Part shown: piece by piece, positions 1-5,269 of the stretch
Layout of the letters: the number at the start of each line of letters is the position of its first letter
How positions within the stretch are numbered: the first letter of the stretch is position 1
From: Fonticula alba ATCC 38817
Lineage: Eukaryota; Protista; Nucleariida
DNA length: 8,035 bases
Strand: one strand, 5' to 3'
Assembly (NCBI GenBank): GCA_000388065.2
Contig: KB932203.1
Program-made: the position numbers and the translations under genes
The notes under the pieces: model-generated
What the model was told of the DNA's origin: nothing
The model's database searches: none
The model's input: only the letters and a program-made list of their open reading frames with translations

Positions 1-67
1 GGGGCGGTGGCCGGCAGAGGGCCGAAGGAGGTGCAACAAGGGAGCTGCGGCGAATGCCCAAACATAC

Positions 68-196
68 GGTCCACAAAGTGAAGACCCCCTCCAGCAGGGC
101 ACAATGCCACCGGACGGCCTGGCCACGGGAGGTGACGTCCGTCCGGGCGCGGAACACCCCGACCAGCGATTCGCACACGCTGGCCCCGAGCAGCGT
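68..196 (-). CDS. ZW10: ZW10 exon (TLLGASVCESLVGVFRARTDVTSRGQAVRWHCALLEGVFTLWT)
   Basis: CTGAC branch-like motif near 236-240; gcgccag acceptor at 197; GTATGT donor at 67; 129 nt, phase 0/0. Confidence 0.8.
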
Positions 197-3100
197 CTGG
201 CGCGCGCGTCCGGGAGGAGGAAGGGATGTTGGCGTCAGATACTCAGGCAAAGAGAGGGAGGGAGAGGGAGAGAGAGAGGGAGAGAGAGGGGAGGGAGAGA
301 GAAAGGCGCAGGCAGTGCATATGGACAGCAGGAAAAGGACAGGCAGGGCAGAGAAAAGGGAGCACGGCTGGAAAAAAAAAGCGAGAGTGGACATGGGGAT
401 GAAGAGAGAGAGAGAGAGAGAGAGAGACAGGGCAAGCTGGCGGGGGCGCGGGAAAGCCACCGCCCGGCCGAGAGCCCCACAGGAACGCACCATCATCTGG
501 ACATAGGCCGATCGGGCGGCTTCCCGGCAGAGGGCCACCAGCAGCGGCGCGACACTGGTGCTGGCCAGGCCGGCGCGCGCCGAGGACCCCGGCGACGGGA
601 GCTCCGGCGTGCCGAAGCACGACAAAACCCACGCCACATAGAGGAAGTCATTGTGCGCGAGGGCCCCCTCGCGAGCGGCGGCCTCGCACTGGGCACGAAG
701 CTGCGCCTCGGCGGGGGGGCCGCCACCGGCACCGGCGCTGACGGCCGCCTCGAACACCTGGCGCAGACGAAGGACCGAGTGCGCGCGCAGGAGATCCACC
801 ACATCGCGCAGCACCGCCGAGATGTCCTCCGGCCCGGCGCCCGACCCGCCGGTGGCCAGCCCCAGGCACAGGGGCACCAAGTGGCCGACCGCCAGCCGGC
901 GAATGCGCCGGGACACGGCCAGGGGCGAGAGATCCTGCTCGACCGACAGCAGCCGGTCGACAGCCGGCCCGGCCCCGGCGGCCGCCGGGTCATCCAGCAG
1001 GGCCAGCAGCTGCTGGCGCGCGGCGCCCTCCGGCCGGGCACAGTCCCCGCCAACCGCCTCATGGCCATAGGCCTGGCCACACAGGAGGTCCCGACGCGCG
1101 GCATCCAGCAGCCGAGTTCGCCGAGCCGACCGCACCCGCGCCTGGAACCGCGGGGCCTGCCACCAGCCGGACAGCGAGGCCACGGCGGCGGCCGGCGACG
1201 AGGCCACCCCGGGCCCGGGGGCCGGGGCCCCGGGCGCCAAGCCGGGCGGCCACCGCGGCGACCCGGCCCCGGCCCCGGCCCCGGCCCCGGCCCCGACCTC
1301 GGCCCCCGGGCCGCCGGCCGTGGCCCCACACTCGGCCGGCCCTCGCGGCAGCAGCCCATTCAGGTGCAGGTACGATTCGAATTGCTGGGCACTGGTGTGC
1401 GCGCGCGAGGCAAAGTCCCCGGCCGCCGGGGCGTCCTCCCCCGGCCCGGTGGCCTCCGTGGCGAAATGCTCCACCAGCAGGGTGTAGGGCCCCTGATGAA
1501 GAGCCCCCACGAGGACCGGCCAAACGGCCGCCGCCCAGCGCTGGCTGGTGCGCGTCGACAAAAGTTGCCCCTCGGCGGCGGAGAGCTCCGGCATTGGCCC
1601 CCCCGCCGGGCGGCCGGGCCCGAGGACCAGCTCGCTCGGGGGCCCGGCCACCAGCGGCTGCAAAAACTCCACAATGGCCGAGGCCCGCTCGTACACGGTC
1701 CCGGCAGCCACATCATCGGCCACGGCACGCGGGTCGGCCCCCGGGCCGGGGGCCGCCACCTGCTGGATGGACGCCCCATCCGGCCCGAGGCCCAAGTGCC
1801 GGACCGGGGCCACCAGCGTCAACACATGCACAAAGGGGGCCGCCTGGGCCGAGAAGACCCGTGCCTCCGGGTCCCCGACGGCCAGGGGGAAGGCCCGCCC
1901 GGCCAGGCGCCCGGCCAGGTCCCGCAGGACCGCATCCCCCGGGGTCGGCAGCGAGGCCTCCAGCGGGGCCAGCAGATGGGCTGCCGTGAAGGTCGTCTCG
2001 AGGTCCGGCAGCTGAAGCGGCCCGGGCGGGCTGAGAAGCCCGGGCCCGGCCCCCGGCCGGAGATCCTGCGTCAGGTGCAGCGCCAGGAGGACATCCTGCA
2101 GGGCGGTGGTGCGCTCGGGGTCGGTGGTGATGCCTGGCACGGTGGCACCGGGCCGGAGAGCGACATGGGTCAGCGACGTGGGCGGGCGCCGGCAGGGGGC
2201 ACGACAAGCCCGGCAGGAGCATGGCCAACATACCGGAAAGCCGAGCGTGCACAGTCACCTGGACCACCGAGCAGAAGGCCGGCCGGGTCAATGGCTGCGC
2301 CAGGGCCGCCGAGGCCGCGGCAAACAGGGCATCGATGTCGCTCGAGTGCGCCGGCGGGTCCAACGGGGTGAGGGTGCGCTCGGTGACAACCACCGCCCGA
2401 GTGGCGATGTCCACCAGCCGAGCCCGGAGCGCCGTGTGCAGGGTCACATACTCCTCCTGCGCGCGACGCCGCAGCCAACGGCGAGGACCGGACAGTCGCC
2501 AAGGAGCCCAAGCAAGCAGGGGACCGGGGAACAGAGGGTGAGTACCACGCCGCGCACTGGGGGGGGGGGCGGGGNNNNNNNNNNNNNNNNNNNNNNNNNN
2601 NNNNNNNNNNNNNNNNNNNNNNNNNNNNNNNNNNNNNNNNNNNNNNNNNNNNNNNNNNNNNNNNNNNNNNNNNNNNNNNNNNNNNNNNNNNNNNNNNNNN
2701 NNNNNNNNNNNNNNNNNNNNNNNNNNNNNNNNNNNNNNNNNNNNNNNNNNNNNNNNNNNNNNNNNNNNNNNNNNNNNNNNNNNNNNNNNNNNNNNNNNNN
2801 NNNNNNNNNNNNNNNNNNNNNNNNNNNNNNNNNNNNNNGAAGGAGCTGGCAATCGGGGGGGGGGGGGGGGGGGGGCGGGGGACAGAGGACAGTGCCGAGG
2901 AGGACGGTTAGAAGCCAAGTGGGGAGAGCCCGCCCGGGGGCCGAGCCAGGAGCAGGCAAGCACGGGAGGACCGGAACCGACGCACCACGCGATTCAACAA
3001 GAGCGCACACTCCACCCACATGGCGGTGCCGAGGGCGGTCGAGGCACCGGCCAGGAGGTGGTGCAGTCGTGCCGCCAGGCCGATGATGGCGGCAGCCGAG

Positions 3101-3826
3101 TTGAGTGCACGGGCCTTGAGCCGGGCAGCGCGCGCGGCGCGCGGCACCCGCAGGATAGCCGGCTAGCGCACGGAGGGCGGCGCGCCGTGTCAATGATTGA
3201 AAGACCACCCGGGCGGTGAAGCGAGGCCAGGGCGAAATAGGGGGAGGGGGGGGGGGAGCGAGGCGGAACGCACCGATGAGCTCTGGTCGGCTTTCCATGA
3301 GAGAGTTTGCAGTGCCTTGGACAGGACAAGTGCGCGGGACTCGACCGCGCGCGCGGACCCGAGCGCCCCGCCGGCGGCGCTGGCCATCCGCGCGGCCGGG
3401 GTCATGTCCCCAGCAGCCCCGGCCTCCTGGGCCGGGTGGATCTCGATGCCGAGCACGGCATGGTGCCGCGACACGATGTCGAATAGCTCGCTCTGGATGC
3501 CGAGTGCAGGAGGGGTGTGAGGGGAAGAGAGAGGGAGAGAGAGCCAAAGAGAGCGAGAGAGGGGAGGGGGGGGGGGGGGGTGGCAGGGGGAGGGTATCCC
3601 GGTCAGAGGGATCCAGTCAAGGCACAGGGGGAGGCAGGGGCCAAGCCCATGGAGGCACCTTCAGGAAGTCCACTCGCTCGGCCAGCTGGGCCGTGATGGC
3701 CTCCAGGGCCTCGGCGCAGTGGTGGTCCGACTCGAAATGGCCATCCAGCGGCCGGAGCAGGTCGGCCAGCTCCTGGCCGAAGCGGTCGCCCGGGCGTCCC
3801 AGCGGGCCCCCCACGGAGGCCGACAT
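68..3826 (-). CDS. ZW10: ZW10 (centromere/kinetochore protein zw10; Dsl1/NRZ tethering complex subunit) homolog, divergent, 3'-partial, interrupted by assembly gap
   Basis: Exons, minus strand: 3659-3826 (start tentative), 3274-3492, 2986-3162, [unresolved near the gap], 2234-2456, 491-2133, 68-196, then a GTATGT donor at 67 leading off-window. Motifs are colinear with human ZW10 as recalled from memory: EALEAITAQLAERVDFLKSELFDIVSRHH ([29 protein letters not shown]); SAQQFESYLHLNGLL (STEEFENALKEMRFL); RTRLLDAARRDLL (CQDVIVAARNLMT); SPLAVSRRIRRL (LPTCRISESVKKL); GALAHNDFLYVAWVLSCFG (AAIHHNNCMYIAHHLLTLG); QAVRWHCALLEGVFTLWT (KAVRQVLHQLKRLGIVWQ). No HMM search was run. Confidence 0.75.
249..427. 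repeat. Purine/(AG)n simple repeats in the ZW10 intron 197-490
   Basis: GA/GGA tract at 249-303 and (AG)12 at 403-426; (CT)n on the sense strand. Confidence 0.9.
491..2133 (-). CDS. ZW10: ZW10 large exon, 1643 nt (GITTDPERTTALQDVLLALHL...AARSAYVQMM)
   Basis: I checked every TCA/CTA/TTA on the + strand in 491-2133 and none falls in this frame, so the frame is open. gtgccag acceptor at 2134; GTGCGT donor at 490. The frame has no ATG at its start, so the ORF track shows only its antisense shadow (104..2371 +). Confidence 0.85.
1265..1294 (-). repeat. (GGGGCC)5 exonic hexamer repeat encoding (Gly-Ala)5
   Basis: GGCCCC x5 on +; in frame within the ZW10 large exon (EVGAGAGAGAGAGSP). Confidence 0.92.
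2234..2456 (-). CDS. ZW10: ZW10 exon (EEYVTLHTALRARLVDIATRAVVV...VHARLSG)
   Basis: gcgcag acceptor at 2457; GTATGT donor at 2233, phase 1, matching the phase-1 acceptor at 2134; codons are rich in GC at the third position. Confidence 0.78.
2575..2838. other. Scaffold gap (264 N)
   Basis: Run of N; both sides are flanked by poly-G. Confidence 1.
2839..2875 (+). repeat. Direct copy of 5549-5582 (gaaggagctggcaatc + poly-G)
   Basis: The 16 unique nt plus the G run are identical to the V-ATPase H intron 7/exon 8 junction 2710 bp away. Confidence 0.95.
2986..3162 (-). CDS. ZW10: ZW10 exon (PAILRVPRAARAARLKARALNSAAAIIGLAARLHHLL...ECALLLNRV)
   Basis: CATTGAC branch-like motif and gctag acceptor at 3163; GTGCGT donor at 2985; phase 0/0. 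Confidence 0.75.
3274..3492 (-). CDS. ZW10: ZW10 exon (SELFDIVSRHHAVLGIEIHPAQ...SWKADQSSS)
   Basis: catccag acceptor at 3493; GTGCGT donor at 3273; 219 nt, phase 0/0. Confidence 0.75.
3659..3826 (-). CDS. ZW10: ZW10 first identifiable exon (MSASVGGPLGRPGDRFGQELADLLRPLDGHFESDHHCAEALEAITAQLAERVDFLK)
   Basis: In-frame ATG at 3826-3824; GTGCCT donor at 3658. The alternative 5' boundary is the ggccag acceptor at 3773 (exon 3659-3772). Confidence 0.65.
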
Positions 3827-4488
3827 CAGGGCGTCAGAAAAGGGCAGGCAAGGAGCCGGGGCCAGGGGAGTGGAGGATGAGGCGAGAGGCAGGGGTGAGG
3901 AGGGGGGGGGGCGAGGGGAGCGGAAAGGCGGAGGAAGGAGAAGGCAAAGGAGAGGGAGAGGGCTGCGGCGCGTGCGGCACGCACAGGCCAGCCAGGCGCC
4001 GCAGCCTTTCACTCTTGCCAGGCCGGGCGCCCCGAGGAGCGGCCCGGCACCGGGGCTCGGCCGGCCTCGGAGACGGCAACAGGCGGAGCGTCGGCTGGCG
4101 GCGGAGTCGTGTCTCGATCGTTGCGATCACGTGTACGTCACGCGGCATCCATAGCTTCCACTCGGTGTCTGCCGTTAGCCCATCCCCGCGCGTTGTGCAT
4201 CATTGTGTGCCGGCGTGTGTGCTGTGAATGTGTCCGGGCGCCTGGGTGCAGACGTGAGCTCATACTCAGGTGCGCTGACAATGATCGCGCCCACCTTCGT
4301 GGAAGAGGGCGCGGCATCGTCTCCTGGAGAGACACATCATTCCGGCATTTGGGGGGGGGGGGGGGGGGGGGCACAGGAGGAGGCCTGGCCAGGCGCACGG
4401 ACTGACCGCCGCCCGGGCCTGCCCCTTGGAAGAGAGCAGAAACAGGGGAAGGAAGAGCGCGCGTGCGGGTGCGCTCGCACGAAAAAGG

Positions 4489-4506
4489 GAGAGAGAGAGA
4501 GAGAGA
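4489..4506. repeat. (GA)9 microsatellite
   Basis: Seen directly. Confidence 0.9.
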
Positions 4507-4517
4507 CAAGGGTGCCT

Positions 4518-4543
4518 GTGTTTATGATTTTGTGTATTTAGAA
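4518..4543 (-). promoter_or_regulatory. A-rich patch (ttctaaatacacaaaatcataaacac): candidate 3'-end signal of V-ATPase H, or TSS region of the downstream transcript
   Basis: The only strongly AT-rich island between the two genes, about 450 nt after the stop codon. The role is inferred. Confidence 0.35.
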
Positions 4544-4867
4544 GTGGGGAGATGTATAGGAGAGAGGCGAGGGCGCGGGAGGAGCACGGCACCGTACCGC
4601 GTGTCGCCGGTGTGAGAGGGGGGGGGGAGGGGAGGGAGAAGGACTGGATGGCAAAAGGTCGGGAGAGACACGAACAGTGGGGGAGGGAGGGAGGGAGGGG
4701 CGGAGGGGGAGAGGGGCGGGGGGAAGGAGCCACGAGGAAGTGCAAGGGGGACAAGGACATGGAGAGGGGGGAGGGAGAAGGAAGGCCTCGCCCTTTGCTC
4801 TAACCCCCCGCTTCCTGGCGCGTCGGGCGGGGAGACCCCCCCAGTTGCACGGGCGACCACGCGACAA

Positions 4868-4970
4868 CACGCACGCACGCACGCACACACGCGAACACAC
4901 ACCCACACACACAGACACACCCACACCCACACACATACACAGCCATGCACATGCACATGCACATGCACAC
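4868..4970. repeat. Alternating purine-pyrimidine tract incl. (GCAC)n, (CA)n and (ATGCAC)4 in the V-ATPase H 3' flank
   Basis: (ATGCAC)4 at 4945-4968; GU-rich on the sense strand, starting about 25 nt after the stop codon. Confidence 0.88.
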
Positions 4971-4992
4971 GCCGGGGGAACGGGTGCTTCTC

Positions 4993-5269
4993 TCACGCGC
5001 GGAAGGAAGCGGAGGATCCCTCCGGGGCGACGACCTGCTCGTTGAGGGCGCCCCAGTTGGACACCATGAACTTCTGCAGGGCCAGGAGGGCCTCGTACTT
5101 GACCACCTGCGAGGTGTGGGTCAGGTGGCGCAGGAGGACGTCCTTGCTGCCGAGGCGCGTGAGGACATCCTTGCCGCGGGGGTAGACGTTGACATACTGG
5201 CCGAAGTAGTGGCAGGCGACGGCCAGGGACTTGTCATCGCTCGAGTGCTCGAGGATGCTGTGGAGCAGG
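4993..5269 (-). CDS. ATP6V1H: V-ATPase H exon 9, terminal (RLLHSILEHSSDDKSLAVACHYFGQYVNVYPRGK...SFRA*)
   Basis: ccgcag acceptor at 5270; TGA at 4995-4993. Confidence 0.94.

Noticed and set aside
1407-1424. aggcaaagtccccgg resembles RNase MRP CR-I; ggggctcatt at 7676-7685 resembles CR-V
   Set aside because: The two pieces are 6 kb apart, the first is antisense to a coding exon, and the second lacks the upstream ACnnnA.
54-2015. Many overlapping R/P/G-rich ORFs on both strands (e.g. 493..1359 -, 651..1070 +, 1360..1779 -, 1548..2015 +)
   Set aside because: They are off-frame or antisense shadows of the GC-rich ZW10 exons. The true frame is a different, ATG-less minus-strand frame bounded by splice sites.
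4275-4310. PSSTKVGAIIV resembles the dCMP/cytidine deaminase 'DP.TKVGA.IV' motif
   Set aside because: There is no downstream HAE or PCxxC zinc motif, so this is too short to call a deaminase.
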